A stretch of DNA of 64,000 nt from Candidatus Thorarchaeota archaeon (GTDB lineage: Archaea; Asgardarchaeota; Thorarchaeia; Thorarchaeales; Thorarchaeaceae): assembly GCA_016933575.1 (NCBI GenBank), contig JAFGAR010000101.1:32001-96000 (forward strand), written 5' to 3'. The position numbers and the translations under genes were made by a program. The notes under the pieces are model-generated. The model searched no databases and was not told the origin of the DNA. It saw only the letters and a program-made list of their open reading frames with translations. The number at the start of each line of letters is the position of its first letter. The first letter of the stretch is position 1. This document shows positions 1 through 10,885 of this stretch, in pieces.

Positions 1-1
1 T

Positions 2-2824
2 ACCTACGATGCAATAATTAGTGATTATCAAATGCCTGTCATGGATGGTCTTGAATTTCTAGAAGTTATCCGCAATAAGTACCATGACCTGCCATTCATC
101 ATATTCACAGGCAAGGGACGGGAAGAGATTGCCATCAAAGCACTTAATCTAGGTGCTACTCATTATGTAATCAAAGGTGGAGATCCGAAGAGTCAGTTTG
201 CAGAGTTAATACATGTCATTAGAAGTTCAGTTGCATACGTTCGAGAACGCAGAAGGCGAGATGAATCTGAAGAGCGATATCGCATTGTGTTCGAAAACGC
301 AAATGACGGAATCCTCATGGTTGATCGGGAAGATCGAACAGTGCAGTCAGCTAATCCTCGATTCTGTGAGATGTTAGGTTATAGCAACGAAGAAGTAATG
401 AAATTACGAATAGATGACATCCATCCCGCTGAAGATTTGGAGACAGTGTTGGATATTTTTGAGAAACAAATGTGGGATGAGTTACGAATTGCTGAGAGAA
501 TTCCAGTTCTAAGAAAAGATGGATCCTATTTCTTTGCTGATATCTCAGGAAAGAGAATTACGATTGAAGGCAAAAACTATCAATTGGGTATCTTCAGAGA
601 TATCACAAGCAGATTAGAAGCTGAAGAAGCTCTTCGAGCAAAAGATGAACTATATCGATTGATTGCCAAGAACTCTTCAGATATTATCTTTACATTGAAC
701 ATGAACATGGAACGTACCTATCTTAGTCCAGCAGTTGAAAGAATCAGAGGATATACTGTTGAAGAATCACTTACGCAGAGTTGGGAAGAGGTAATGACTC
801 CTGAATCTCTCGAGAAGATGATTATTGCATTTGGTGAAGGATTTGATCGAATTCGAAATGGAGCGATTTTTACTGATCCTTTCGTTCTTGATCTTGAGAT
901 GTATAGGAAAGATGGAAGTACAATTTGGACCGAAGTCGCTGCTTCGCCTATGATTGATGAAAACGGTAGACCCGTTGGTGTAATAGGGATTACTAGAGAC
1001 ATTAGTTCTTGGAAAACATCTGACACCAAGATGCGTGTGAGTGAAGAACGTTTTAGACAATTCTTTGATCATGCTCCGGTGTATTGCTACATGCTCGCTC
1101 CAGATGGAAAAGTTCTCTCTGTGAATAGGACAGCTTTGAACGATCTGGGTTACAGTGAAACTGATCTAGTAGGTCATTCTATTCTCAAAATTTATGCACC
1201 AGACTCCATTCAAAGGGCCAAAGACCTAACGAAAATCTGGCAGGAAACAGGGGAGATTCGAGATGAGGAGATTGGTATCTTTGCAAAGGATGGCAAAAAG
1301 AGAACAGTTATTCTCAGTGTTGCGTCGGTCAAAAATAGGGCCGGTGAATTGTTACAATCTATAATAATTCAAAGGGATATTACTGATAGGAAGAATATGG
1401 AAGAGCAGCTACGTCAGTCTGCCAATCGATACCGTACTCTTTTCGAAACTGCAAATGATGCTATCTTCCTAATGAGAAATGATATCTTCATTGAATGCAA
1501 TGACAAAACGCTAGAGATGTTTGGTTGCTCAAGAGAACAAATTCTTGGTCAACCACCTTACCGGTTCTCTCCACCATTCCAACCAGATGGACGAGTTTCT
1601 CAGGAAAAGGCAATGGAGAAGATTAATGCAGCCATAAGTGGTCAATCCCAATTCTTCTACTGGAAACACATACAATACGATGGGACTCCCTTTGATGCCG
1701 AAGTTAGTCTGAATGCAATCGAGATCGAAGGAAATCTATTGATTCAAGCATTGGTACGAGACATAACCAAACGAATCAAGGCTGAGAATGACTTACGCGA
1801 AAGCGAAGAACGATATCGATTCCTCTATGAGAATCTTTCTGATGGTGTGATTGGTATTGACCCTGAGGGACGACTTACTTTTTGCAATGATAAAGTGTTG
1901 AAGATGTTCGGATACTCCGAAGATGAAGCTCTTGGTCAGAGGATTGACAGCTTTCTGCATCCTGATTATCGTGAAGACGCTATGCAAATGGTCCATCAAA
2001 GCATTGACTCTGGCCAAGCTTTGGTGGATGGATATGAGGGTGTTGGATTACGGAAAGATGGCTCTGAATTTTATTTCCACCTATCTAGCTCAGTGATTCG
2101 TTCTGGTGACCAAGTTGTCGGTCTTCAGTCCCACATCCGTGATATGTCTGATTGGAAACGAGCAGAAGAAAATCTTAGAAAACAGAAAGAAGAGCTCAGC
2201 AGATTTGCTACAACAATGGCTCATGACCTACGATCAAATATCCATGCTATCACTGGTCTAGCTGAGCTTCTGGAAAATGAATATAATCCTAAATATACTA
2301 ATGATATCATCTCTGTTGCGGAAAAGATGGAATCCATACTTACAAGGTCTGTTACACTGGCAAATGCTGGAGTAATAATAGGGATCAAAGATGAAGTAAA
2401 ACTTGATGAGTTAGTGGATGAAGTCACTAATAGTACTCTACCGGTCAATATTGAAGTAGTGCATAATGATCTTCCTACGGTAAAGTGTGATAGTGCAAAG
2501 ATATTCCAAGTCATACAGAATCTCCTTCAGAATGCATACGAACATGGTGAAGCAAGTAGAATCACAATAACGAGCGATAGTGACCAATTCAACTCTTTCA
2601 TTTATATTGCAAACGATGGTAAACAGATACCTCCAGAGATTCGATTGCAAATATTCAAGGATCACTTCTCGACCAAAGCAGGAGGCGGATTAGGTCTTGG
2701 TATAGTAAAGAGAATAGTTGAAGCACATGGATGGGAAATCGCTCTTGAGAACGCACCGATAACAACTTTCAAAATAAAGATCCCAAAAACAGGTTTATTG
2801 CAAAGCATATCTGATTTTACTTAG
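2..2824 (+). CDS. Hybrid sensor histidine kinase (receiver + 5 PAS/PAC + HisKA/HATPase), 5'-truncated by window
   Basis: Frame is open from base 2 ([17 protein letters not shown], receiver Asp motif). Five PAS/PAC units end in RDIT/RDIS/RDMS. H-box MAHDLRS, N-box QNLLQNA, G2 box GGGLGLGIV. Confidence 0.93.
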   Translation, partial: TYDAIISDYQMPVMDGLEFLEVIRNKYHDLPFIIFTGKGREEIAIKALNLGATHYVIKGGDPKSQFAELIHVIRSSVAYVRERRRRDESEERYRIVFENANDGILMVDREDRTVQSANPRFCEMLGYSNEEVMKLRIDDIHPAEDLETVLDIFEKQMWDELRIAERIPVLRKDGSYFFADISGKRITIEGKNYQLGIFRDITSRLEAEEALRAKDELYRLIAKNSSDIIFTLNMNMERTYLSPAVERIRGYTVEESLTQSWEEVMTPESLEKMIIAFGEGFDRIRNGAIFTDPFVLDLEMYRKDGSTIWTEVAASPMIDENGRPVGVIGITRDISSWKTSDTKMRVSEERFRQFFDHAPVYCYMLAPDGKVLSVNRTALNDLGYSETDLVGHSILKIYAPDSIQRAKDLTKIWQETGEIRDEEIGIFAKDGKKRTVILSVASVKNRAGELLQSIIIQRDITDRKNMEEQLRQSANRYRTLFETANDAIFLMRNDIFIECNDKTLEMFGCSREQILGQPPYRFSPPFQPDGRVSQEKAMEKINAAISGQSQFFYWKHIQYDGTPFDAEVSLNAIEIEGNLLIQALVRDITKRIKAENDLRESEERYRFLYENLSDGVIGIDPEGRLTFCNDKVLKMFGYSEDEALGQRIDSFLHPDYREDAMQMVHQSIDSGQALVDGYEGVGLRKDGSEFYFHLSSSVIRSGDQVVGLQSHIRDMSDWKRAEENLRKQKEELSRFATTMAHDLRSNIHAITGLAELLENEYNPKYTNDIISVAEKMESILTRSVTLANAGVIIGIKDEVKLDELVDEVTNSTLPVNIEVVHNDLPTVKCDSAKIFQVIQNLLQNAYEHGEASRITITSDSDQFNSFIYIANDGKQIPPEIRLQIFKDHFSTKAGGGLGLGIVKRIVEAHGWEIALENAPITTFKIKIPKTGLLQSISDFT

Positions 2825-4637
2825 GTTGAATGAGCTTTGGAAGCCAGATTCGTACCTCTAAACCTTGAGTATAGTTTCCATTGACTCTGTCTTGAACCTT
2901 GATCTGTCCTCTATACTTCTCCACAAGATGATTCACAGTATGGAGACCTAGACCACCAAATCTACGTGACATATCGAAAAGACCAGCTTTTGTAGAATCT
3001 GGAATCCCTGGTCCATCATCACTAATTGAAAGAAGGTAGTCCAATCCTGAACTATCAAGTCTTATCCAGACTCTCTTACGTTCTTTTACATTGTGTTCTA
3101 TTGCATTCATCAAGATATTTGAAATTAGAAGCTCAAGATATTCATCCGCAAGGACTTTTGCTTCTCCCCCCATAATGTACGTTTCAAAAGTGATGTTTTC
3201 TGCGTGTGACATTGCTTCAATACAGATATTGACAGCTTGTGTCAATGATCTCTCTATAAGGGGAACTGATAGTAATTGCTCTGTTGATTTAGCCTCTTGG
3301 ATAATTCTTGAACTTCTCTTTACAGCATCGCCAATGATTTTGTAAAATGACTCCTTCACGCTACTGTCAGTTGCATTTTTCATGAGTGCAGCGCTGTTTA
3401 GAATAACTTGAAGTTGCTGAGTTAGGTCATGTCCCATTAAGTCTAGATAGAAGACAGCCCTATCTTTAGCAGAACGTAGCTCTCTCTCTGACTGCCTCCT
3501 ATCGCTTATATCAACGATGACAGTCTGAATAGCAGATCTACCATTATACTCTACCTGACTTGAAAAACTCTCGACCCACCGAATTTCTCCATTTTTTCTC
3601 ATGTATCTATATTCGTATCGGGGAGCCACGGCTCGTCCAGCTATCTTATCTTGCATGCGTTTTGTTAGTTCTTCTCGGTCATCTGGATGTACAAGATTCC
3701 ATACAGCATCCACGTCCATTTGGGATAGTTCCTCATCATCATAGCCAATCAGTTCTTTGAATGCTGGATTATGGTAGAGGAATTTGTTGTCTCCCATAAT
3801 TATGATACCTTGAGGTGACTGAACTGCAAGACTTCGATACTTTGCCTCTGAGTTACGAAGATTTTCCTCGAATTCTCTTGCTTCTGTTATATCAATAATG
3901 AGTACCTGAACTGCACTGGAACCTTCATAGTCAATATTACCAGAAAAAGCTTGGACCCATCGTATAGAACCATCTCGTCGTATGAAACGATATTCATATG
4001 GCATTGGAATCGGTTTGCCTTCTTTACGATTTTGCGCAATCTCTAAGAGTTTCTTTTTATCATCTTGGTAAATGAGATCCCATGCTTCATTCGGGGGCAT
4101 GTTTAATATCTCTTCACGTGAGTAGCCAACCATTCTACAAAATGCTGGATTGACATAGACATATCTATCAAATTGGATGACCGTCAATCCTTGCAACGAT
4201 TGTTCTGCAAGTAACTTGTATTTTTGTTCTGCTGCATGATATCCTGTGAGGTCTGTAATTACTGCGAATGCGCCTCGATAGTTCCCGACTTTATCTAGAA
4301 TTGGTACTCCTGAAATCAGTGTGAGTATTTTTCGACCAGACTTTGTTGTCCAAGTCAGCTCATAACTTGATGATTCACCTTTGGTCCTTTTTCTGATTTG
4401 ATGTTTCTGAGTTAATTTTTCTTCATCGTCTAGAAAGTCAGAAAGAAGGTGTCCTATCATTTCATCATTTGAGTATTCCAGAAGGTCACTGAATCTCTTA
4501 TTTACATAGGAGAAGATATTATTCTCATCCACAACTCCAAATCCTTCACTTAACGACTCTAAAAGCACTCGATGTTTGAGTAGCTCTTCGAGTGATTCAA
4601 AATCATAGATTGTATCATCGAGTTCTGTTGGAGCCAT
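2817..4637 (-). CDS. PAS-domain (x3) sensor histidine kinase
   Basis: Three PAS/PAC units, H-box [26 protein letters not shown]. Overlaps the convergent kinase by 8 bp. Confidence 0.92.
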   Translation of the reverse strand: MAPTELDDTIYDFESLEELLKHRVLLESLSEGFGVVDENNIFSYVNKRFSDLLEYSNDEMIGHLLSDFLDDEEKLTQKHQIRKRTKGESSSYELTWTTKSGRKILTLISGVPILDKVGNYRGAFAVITDLTGYHAAEQKYKLLAEQSLQGLTVIQFDRYVYVNPAFCRMVGYSREEILNMPPNEAWDLIYQDDKKKLLEIAQNRKEGKPIPMPYEYRFIRRDGSIRWVQAFSGNIDYEGSSAVQVLIIDITEAREFEENLRNSEAKYRSLAVQSPQGIIIMGDNKFLYHNPAFKELIGYDDEELSQMDVDAVWNLVHPDDREELTKRMQDKIAGRAVAPRYEYRYMRKNGEIRWVESFSSQVEYNGRSAIQTVIVDISDRRQSERELRSAKDRAVFYLDLMGHDLTQQLQVILNSAALMKNATDSSVKESFYKIIGDAVKRSSRIIQEAKSTEQLLSVPLIERSLTQAVNICIEAMSHAENITFETYIMGGEAKVLADEYLELLISNILMNAIEHNVKERKRVWIRLDSSGLDYLLSISDDGPGIPDSTKAGLFDMSRRFGGLGLHTVNHLVEKYRGQIKVQDRVNGNYTQGLEVRIWLPKLIQPK

Positions 4638-4823
4638 CTAGAGTAGTTTCTCCTTGATTATGTAAAATACATATCAAATACTCTTTTCATTCTATGTGTT
4701 GTGAATCGAATGCTTTTTGATATAATCGAGATACAATTTCCATCAATCATTCTAGTGTTTTGAAGTATCCACTCTGACCTTATTTAGGTTCTTTCTAGAG
4801 TTAATATTGGACTAATGCCATCT

Positions 4824-5312
4824 TTATGTTTCCAGTAATGCAGATTGTAGCTCAGTTCTTCTATTTTCTGCAGCTTTTCTAATTTCTTTTAGCAGTTGGG
4901 CGAATTCCTTCTTTAATCCTGAATCAAGACTTTCAATGGTATCAAGGTCTTTGATTATTCCATTCAATCGATCCTGTATACCAATAATACCCAAATCGAA
5001 AATATCTGAAAAGCTGCCATTGATAGTATATAGAACACGCTTTCGCCCTCTACCGGTCTGATCGTAATCTCTCTGACCGTCAACAACTCCCAATGCTTCA
5101 AGCTGAGACATAATTAGTCCAGCATTTGCACGCGAGTATCCTGTCATTTTGCAGATATCATCCGAGCTTAACCTATCTCCAGAATTGTGTTGCTCGATAA
5201 ATAGCGCGGCTAAAACTGGACCCGCATTGGATGATAGTCCTATCCACCTTGCGACTTTTTCAAAGAGTCGCGTAATGGGCCCTTTCATTAATCCATTCTC
5301 TTCATTGATCAT
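4824..5312 (-). CDS. GbsR/MarR-like winged-helix transcriptional regulator
   Basis: GLSSNAGPVLAAL...LSSDDICKMTGYSRANAGLIMSQLEALGVV...GRKRVLY, followed by a C-terminal helical region. Confidence 0.75.
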   Translation of the reverse strand: MINEENGLMKGPITRLFEKVARWIGLSSNAGPVLAALFIEQHNSGDRLSSDDICKMTGYSRANAGLIMSQLEALGVVDGQRDYDQTGRGRKRVLYTINGSFSDIFDLGIIGIQDRLNGIIKDLDTIESLDSGLKKEFAQLLKEIRKAAENRRTELQSALLET

Positions 5313-5394
5313 TTTTCCACCTTCTCAATCTAAGGTGCGGTCTACGACGTTAGCCTTGCTCCCAATTTTTCTAATTCCACTTAGCTATATATGA

Positions 5395-6747
5395 TTATTG
5401 GGATTCTGGTTTTGAACTTATGAAATAGAGTAATTCTCGTCCAGGAAGTTCTGCTCTAAGAATGTGTGTAAGTAAATGGATAGATTTTCCTTTGCGTGTT
5501 AGCGCTTGGTGTTTAACTTGGAGAACTTCTCCCTCCATGACTTTCTGAATTATTTCTGATAGGTCTCCAAGGTGTTCGAATTTGTATATGTCTTGAAGGT
5601 TCTTCTTGGTGATAGTCTTTGATGAATAGCCAAGCGAAGAAAGAAAAGTATCATTCACTCCTACTATTCTTGCACTTTTGTCCGTCAATAAAAAGAGCTC
5701 ATCCAATGAATCAAAGATGTTCATTAACTCTGACTGTGATTCATTATAAGAAGTCTCAGCCTTTACCCTTGCCATGTAAGCTCCAATCTGTATTGAAATC
5801 GCTTCGAGAGCTTGTTTATCCATCAAGGGAATTTCATCATAATCATGTGAAACGAGACACAGAATAGCAACAACTTCTTCCTCGAAAAAGACCGGTAGAA
5901 TTGCAGCAGCATTGGTGTCTTCATTGAGCTCACTGATCGTTGTCAATGCACATATTTCTGATTTAGTTAAAAAAACTGGTCTATCAATAATTTGTTTACC
6001 ACTCAGTTTTAGGTAGCTATGTAAGAAGTGCGTTGAGATACCTTGATTAGAAGAAAGATCGAATTGACCGGTACTGTTGTCTAGTTGATATATACCTCCA
6101 CTATCAATGCCCTCTAATTGCACTGCAGTCTTCAAGATCTTGTCTAGAGCTTCAGTTAGATTTCCAGTTCTGCAAAGTGTATTTCCAAGTTCTCTTTGTA
6201 GGAGGAGCGATATCTCTATCTTTTCACGTTCCTTAATCTCATGCAGAAGCTTAGCATTTATCTCTTGTAACTCAGCTGTACGTTCAGCTACTCTATGTTC
6301 AAGTTCTGCATATGCATTCTCAAGAGCTTCCTCAGTACGCCTTGATTCCACTTCTGTCTTAATTCTATGAGCAATTTGGGAAAAGAGTTCTTTGAAATCC
6401 TCAGTTCCTTTCTTTAAATAATAGTCTGCACCTAAATTCAAAGCTCTTATCGCAACAGCTTCCTGGCTTCGACCAGTTAAAATAATGAAAGGAATTTGAG
6501 GATGCCCTTCTCTCACCCATTCGAGGAGATCCAATCCTGTCATACTATGTGGACCAAGATAATGGTCGCAGACAATTGCATCGAACTCCTCTTCTTCAAG
6601 TATCTGCAATGCTTCTTGATCTGTATTTGCAGAAACCAGTTCGAATCTATCATCTTCCTTTGTTAGAAATTTTTGAGCAAGAAATAGAAGATCCTCATCA
6701 TCATCGATTACTAGGACCCGTATCTTCAATTCCTCTCCACCTCTCAC
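5395..6747 (-). CDS. Response regulator with receiver, coiled coil, GAF and PAS domains (no kinase or DNA-binding output)
   Basis: VLVIDDD, AIVCDHY, IILTG, GADYYLKK receiver motifs; ELEHRVAERTAEL signalling helix; GAF (AAILPV...ILCLVS); C-terminal PAS. Confidence 0.88.
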   Translation of the reverse strand: MRGGEELKIRVLVIDDDEDLLFLAQKFLTKEDDRFELVSANTDQEALQILEEEEFDAIVCDHYLGPHSMTGLDLLEWVREGHPQIPFIILTGRSQEAVAIRALNLGADYYLKKGTEDFKELFSQIAHRIKTEVESRRTEEALENAYAELEHRVAERTAELQEINAKLLHEIKEREKIEISLLLQRELGNTLCRTGNLTEALDKILKTAVQLEGIDSGGIYQLDNSTGQFDLSSNQGISTHFLHSYLKLSGKQIIDRPVFLTKSEICALTTISELNEDTNAAAILPVFFEEEVVAILCLVSHDYDEIPLMDKQALEAISIQIGAYMARVKAETSYNESQSELMNIFDSLDELFLLTDKSARIVGVNDTFLSSLGYSSKTITKKNLQDIYKFEHLGDLSEIIQKVMEGEVLQVKHQALTRKGKSIHLLTHILRAELPGRELLYFISSKPESQ

Positions 6748-6865
6748 GGTTAATCAGTATGAGTGATACTAAATTACTGCACACTTGGATATTATAGTTG
6801 TCGTGTGACACCATTAGCGCGAAGATTAATTGACAAAAGGAAAATCGGAAATTTAAATTGGCGCC

Positions 6866-7555
6866 ATGTTTTGGATTAGATTTATGTCAGCTAATATAGT
6901 AAAGAAGCTCTTTCTCATCAGTTCATTTATTGTAATTATCGCAGGTGCAATTATGGCATTCCTCGGTAGTACGATAAATGATGAATATGAAGGAATGTAC
7001 TTTATAATGGGACCAATAATCCTGGTCCTTGGAATTCTCTTTCTCCTTACTGCATTGTTTTCAAAAGAAGCTGCAGAATCAACACAAGCTAGATACCTAG
7101 CAATAATCATGATTTTTGGTAGCATTATTGGTATAGTTGGTGTCTTCTCTGGTGAAATTGGCGGAATGATATCACTGGGAGGCTCTATCTTTGTATTTCT
7201 TGTCTTCTTGCTTTGGCCTTGCTTCTGTCTACAAGGCGGAAAGAATATTCGATCAAAGATAATTGGTGTAGCTAGTGCTCATGATAGTATTAGTATCTCT
7301 GAGATATGTAAGATAACAGGTCTGGATGAGCCTCTTGTACGAGATACAATATATGATGCCATCGGAAGACATCAATTGAGTGGAAAAATGACTGGTGATA
7401 CTTTTATTCGCTCAGGGCCATCGGCCACAGCCTATACTTCTTCCTCTACTACTAAGGAGCGAGAAGTTGTGAAAGTACTCGTAATCTGTCCATACTGTGG
7501 AGCAAAGACTGAGCAAGGCATTGGTAAGTGTCAAAATTGCCAAGCTGACTTGTAA
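6866..7555 (+). CDS. 4-TM membrane protein with PCI-like winged helix and C-terminal zinc ribbon
   Basis: Four hydrophobic segments, then SISISEICKITGLDEPLVRDTIYDAIGRHQLSGKM, then CPYCG...CQNC. Start may be the ATG at 6884. Confidence 0.7.
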   Translation: MFWIRFMSANIVKKLFLISSFIVIIAGAIMAFLGSTINDEYEGMYFIMGPIILVLGILFLLTALFSKEAAESTQARYLAIIMIFGSIIGIVGVFSGEIGGMISLGGSIFVFLVFLLWPCFCLQGGKNIRSKIIGVASAHDSISISEICKITGLDEPLVRDTIYDAIGRHQLSGKMTGDTFIRSGPSATAYTSSSTTKEREVVKVLVICPYCGAKTEQGIGKCQNCQADL

Positions 7556-7569
7556 AAAACCGAAAAAGC

Positions 7570-7590
7570 GGAGGGTTAATGAAACCCTCC
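7570..7590 (+). terminator. Stem-loop just after the stop codon
   Basis: Perfect 8-bp inverted repeat GGAGGGTT/AACCCTCC with a 5-nt loop, 14 bp after the stop. Confidence 0.5.
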
Positions 7591-7686
7591 ACTTACTAAT
7601 TTCACCTATCCATTAACAATTAAAGATATCAGACCATCACAAAGATAAGGGTAGATTGTTTATTCAAATTCTCTGAGGTGGAGGTA

Positions 7687-8589
7687 ATGGCGGAACAACG
7701 TGAAGATGTCCTACCGGTAATTCATCTTCAGATTAGAATCTCAAAACCTATTGAGGAAGTATGGACAGATTTTCTTGATCCCGTGATAATGCTTCTCTGG
7801 TTGGGAAATGAAATAAGCGCTGATATCAGTGTTGGAGGTTCAATCCGGTTTCTAGGTCCAAATGCACTCACAACTCCCGAGATTGCCAATTATTGGGAGA
7901 TCAAAGAAGTGAAAGAGCGAAAGGTCTTACTTCTTAGCTGGAGGATTATGGGTGTTGATACACTCCTTGTTATACGCTTCAATCCAATTGGCCCTGGTAC
8001 CATGATACAGGTAAATCATGGTGCAATTCCTGTTTCTGCTAGGAATTATCATCTCCCGGAGCATTGGAATCTATTATTAGCCAATTTTAAGTTGGCTGTT
8101 GAACTTGGTGCTCCAGCTCTCCGATTTGATTATTCGAATTATCATCCAGTGAGAGTAACCCGATACGATCCAGTCGATGTTCGTCTCAGTGTCGTTTGCA
8201 AGACTCCACCATCACTTCCTTTTGATGTTTGGACTAATCCTGAGAAGCTAAAGCATTTCATACGGGCTGAGCAACCAAAGGTTGATCGCCAATATGCAGG
8301 AATCTACACCTGGTGGGCTGAGGGAAAGGGTCCAGTCGTATTCAAGAAGATGATTCAGGATAAGGAACTAGAATTCTCGTGGGTGCATGGTGATGAACCG
8401 GAGACCATTGTCAATGTGAGATTTGAAGAAGTAAATGACCATACACTTGTGACTCTTCATCATCATGGATTCAAAAGCCCTGAAGCCGCTGTTGGATATG
8501 ACATCGGTTGGTCAGGAATACTCGCAGAACTAAAACTGGTCTGCGAACTTGGCGAATCTGGAATAGAACGAATAAGCGATTGGGGTTAG
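7687..8589 (+). CDS. Tandem SRPBCC (AHSA1/START-like) domain protein
   Basis: Two copies of the pattern P..V/F..WT.P..L..W/F ... FSW ... T.V.L.H ... W...L..LK...E. GGAGG RBS before ATG 7687. Confidence 0.85.
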   Translation: MAEQREDVLPVIHLQIRISKPIEEVWTDFLDPVIMLLWLGNEISADISVGGSIRFLGPNALTTPEIANYWEIKEVKERKVLLLSWRIMGVDTLLVIRFNPIGPGTMIQVNHGAIPVSARNYHLPEHWNLLLANFKLAVELGAPALRFDYSNYHPVRVTRYDPVDVRLSVVCKTPPSLPFDVWTNPEKLKHFIRAEQPKVDRQYAGIYTWWAEGKGPVVFKKMIQDKELEFSWVHGDEPETIVNVRFEEVNDHTLVTLHHHGFKSPEAAVGYDIGWSGILAELKLVCELGESGIERISDWG

Positions 8590-8602
8590 AATGTCTTTCT
8601 GG

Positions 8603-9343
8603 TTACCAAAAAAATAATAGATCTACAGGGAATATGAGTAACCGCATTGCAATAGCTGTGATCATTGGGATAATGAAATTATCGGACCATCCAACACTCA
8701 ATATCTCAGTAACCGTCACGCATATTGCTACGAGTAAGATATGTGGAAAAACACAAAAAATGCATGTGTCGCTTGAGTACAGGACAAATGATACAACTAT
8801 TGCCAAGATAGCGAAAAGGAAGACAGCAATGCTCCCTTCAACCGATTTATTGTGATATTTGCGTTTGAATATTCTTCCTCCATAAGGTCTTCCAATAGCT
8901 TCACCAGCTCCATCAGCCCATGCTACAGCTAGAATAGATGCTACGAAAATCTCTGGCCTAGAAAAGAAGACCAGAAAAACTATACAAAATGATACCATTC
9001 CCATAAACCCTGCAAGGAAAGTTGTTGACCTTTTCTCTCCTTCACGACTGCCTGCCATTAACAAATCCCATATCAATTCACTCTTGTGGGCCCATGCATA
9101 GAAGAGGATGAGTACAAAGACACCCAATGCAAAGGCTGGACCACTAAGATTTGAATATCCGACAAGAGTCAGACCTACGACAGATCCCATTGAAATGTGA
9201 ACAAGTTTTCGGGGTTTCCATTTTGGCATTCCTGAAAAAGACATATAGTATGCAGTAGTTAGAACTATTGAAACAATTACTCCAGTCGCAATAGCCATAA
9301 CGACATCTGTTGGGGTCAGCTCCCCAATGACCAGATCTACCAT
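8603..9343 (-). CDS. CTP-dependent polyprenol/phytol/diacylglycerol kinase (Sec59/VTE5/DGK1 family)
   Basis: RKLVHI, WADGAGEAIGRPYG, NKSVEGS and DNFIIP motifs in a multi-TM protein. Confidence 0.85.
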   Translation of the reverse strand: MVDLVIGELTPTDVVMAIATGVIVSIVLTTAYYMSFSGMPKWKPRKLVHISMGSVVGLTLVGYSNLSGPAFALGVFVLILFYAWAHKSELIWDLLMAGSREGEKRSTTFLAGFMGMVSFCIVFLVFFSRPEIFVASILAVAWADGAGEAIGRPYGGRIFKRKYHNKSVEGSIAVFLFAILAIVVSFVLYSSDTCIFCVFPHILLVAICVTVTEILSVGWSDNFIIPMITAIAMRLLIFPVDLLFFW

Positions 9344-9493
9344 TTTAGACGTTTTTGATGGATATTATTAGCTATTTCAGTATAGTTGTTTAGTGTACAA
9401 CTTGTGTATCGATGGTTGAAGATACACATTCAGCTGATAAGATCAAATCCAAACTGGATCTTATGTGGATTCTAACTTGATCGAAAAATCATG

Positions 9494-9517
9494 AGGAGAG
9501 AATTAATCATCTCTCCT
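9494..9517 (-). terminator. Stem-loop downstream of the 9538..10131 gene
   Basis: Perfect 8-bp stem AGGAGAGA/TCTCTCCT with an 8-nt loop, ~20 bp past the stop; T-rich run follows on the minus strand. Confidence 0.5.
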
Positions 9518-9537
9518 ACTAACAGATAATGTTCCTT

Positions 9538-10131
9538 CTAAATGTTCCAATTGTATCTGAGAGTTAAGTCGATATCAACATTCCATACATCGGTCTTTGA
9601 TGATGCTTCGAACCAGATGACCCAGACATAGGTGTCAGCATAGTTATTGAGGTTGAAATAATCACTTGCAGTATTAGTGTAGTCTCCATCCTCAACTAAA
9701 TATGAGTCCAAACCAGCCCATGTCGGTATTGAGTCAAATGTCGATTGGTCAATCGCATAGATTGCAAAATGTATTGTTACTGATATAGAATCAGAACCAG
9801 TATCATCCACCACGATATCAAATTGAATATCTGGTTCGGTCATTGTCATTGTCTCAGAGCTTGATACATAGAATTCATCGTAATAGTATGTAGTATAGAG
9901 ATCAATATCCTGATTGCTATAGGATGTGATTGTCCGTGTACTATAGTTGCTTCCGATACCACCTCCGCCAAAGATGCTCAAGATGCCTCCCATGAACACC
10001 ATGGCAATGACAAACATACCAATAATCAAGATAACGCAGATGATTACAGTCCACTTGCAGCAATCAGAGCCAGTGGAGCTCTTTTTAGTTGGTTCATATG
10101 TTTCAGGACCTGGCATAGGTATCTCAGTCAT
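9538..10131 (-). CDS. Membrane-anchored hypothetical protein with acidic beta-rich extracellular domain
   Basis: Single N-proximal TM (after DCCK), Gly linker, then a D/T/Y-rich domain. Confidence 0.7.
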   Translation of the reverse strand: MTEIPMPGPETYEPTKKSSTGSDCCKWTVIICVILIIGMFVIAMVFMGGILSIFGGGGIGSNYSTRTITSYSNQDIDLYTTYYYDEFYVSSSETMTMTEPDIQFDIVVDDTGSDSISVTIHFAIYAIDQSTFDSIPTWAGLDSYLVEDGDYTNTASDYFNLNNYADTYVWVIWFEASSKTDVWNVDIDLTLRYNWNI

Positions 10132-10361
10132 AGTAATCCTCGCACTTTTTGATGCCTATGGCGCTTATTTCCATTTCTGGGGGATATTGATACGTAAAAT
10201 ATGTATTTCCAGAATGGAATTTAGAAATCTCAAATCAGAACTGCATCTTTTCTTTCGATATGTACTTGGCACTTAAGCATCTATCTTTCCGTCTGTATAT
10301 TTCAATATCTAGGAATAAGTACGTTTGATTCTGATTCAAAGAAACAGAAGTGAGAAATTCA

Positions 10362-10874
10362 TCAACTGATTTTCTTCATCGCTTTTGTGTATACATTCCT
10401 AACCCCATTATTCTGTTCATTTTCAATGAATTGTTGAAAGAGTGGGATAAGTTGCTTGTGTGTTGTGGGATTATACAAGGCTATCTCTGTGAGTGCGTAA
10501 GCTGCACACCATCGAATGACAGTACTTTCATCAGCTGTGTTGCCAAGGAGTTTGGGTATTGCTTTTGCAGCTATATCAGGATACTCTTTTGCTAAATTGC
10601 CAATAGACTCTGGTATTCCCCATTTTACTCGCGGAGCTTTATAATCAATGTAGTGAATCAAAACATCGATGTATTTGATCAAAATTTTTGGATTATCTTT
10701 TGAAATGAATTTCAGTACCTCTGCAATAGTCCCCCGCTCTACCTCTGTTCCAGTTTGAAGGAGGTGAAATATTTCATTGATCATTTTTGGGTGGTTTTTT
10801 GAAAGTGCTACTATTAACGAAACTTTTTCTTTATGCTTTGCATTAGATTTCAATACCTCATGTACTCTGTCCAT
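10362..10874 (-). CDS. HEAT-repeat-like protein
   Basis: Helical repeats (PRVKWGIPESIGNLA, TVIRWCAAYALTEIA). Real start is probably ATG 10874 after a GGTGA RBS, 11 bp downstream of the Fpg-like gene. Confidence 0.75.
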   Translation of the reverse strand: MDRVHEVLKSNAKHKEKVSLIVALSKNHPKMINEIFHLLQTGTEVERGTIAEVLKFISKDNPKILIKYIDVLIHYIDYKAPRVKWGIPESIGNLAKEYPDIAAKAIPKLLGNTADESTVIRWCAAYALTEIALYNPTTHKQLIPLFQQFIENEQNNGVRNVYTKAMKKIS

Positions 10875-10885
10875 CTTGTTCACCC

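Noticed and set aside
10169-10220. Imperfect long hairpin upstream of 9538..10131
   Set aside because: Bulged, AT-rich and single-copy; cannot be distinguished from chance without folding statistics.
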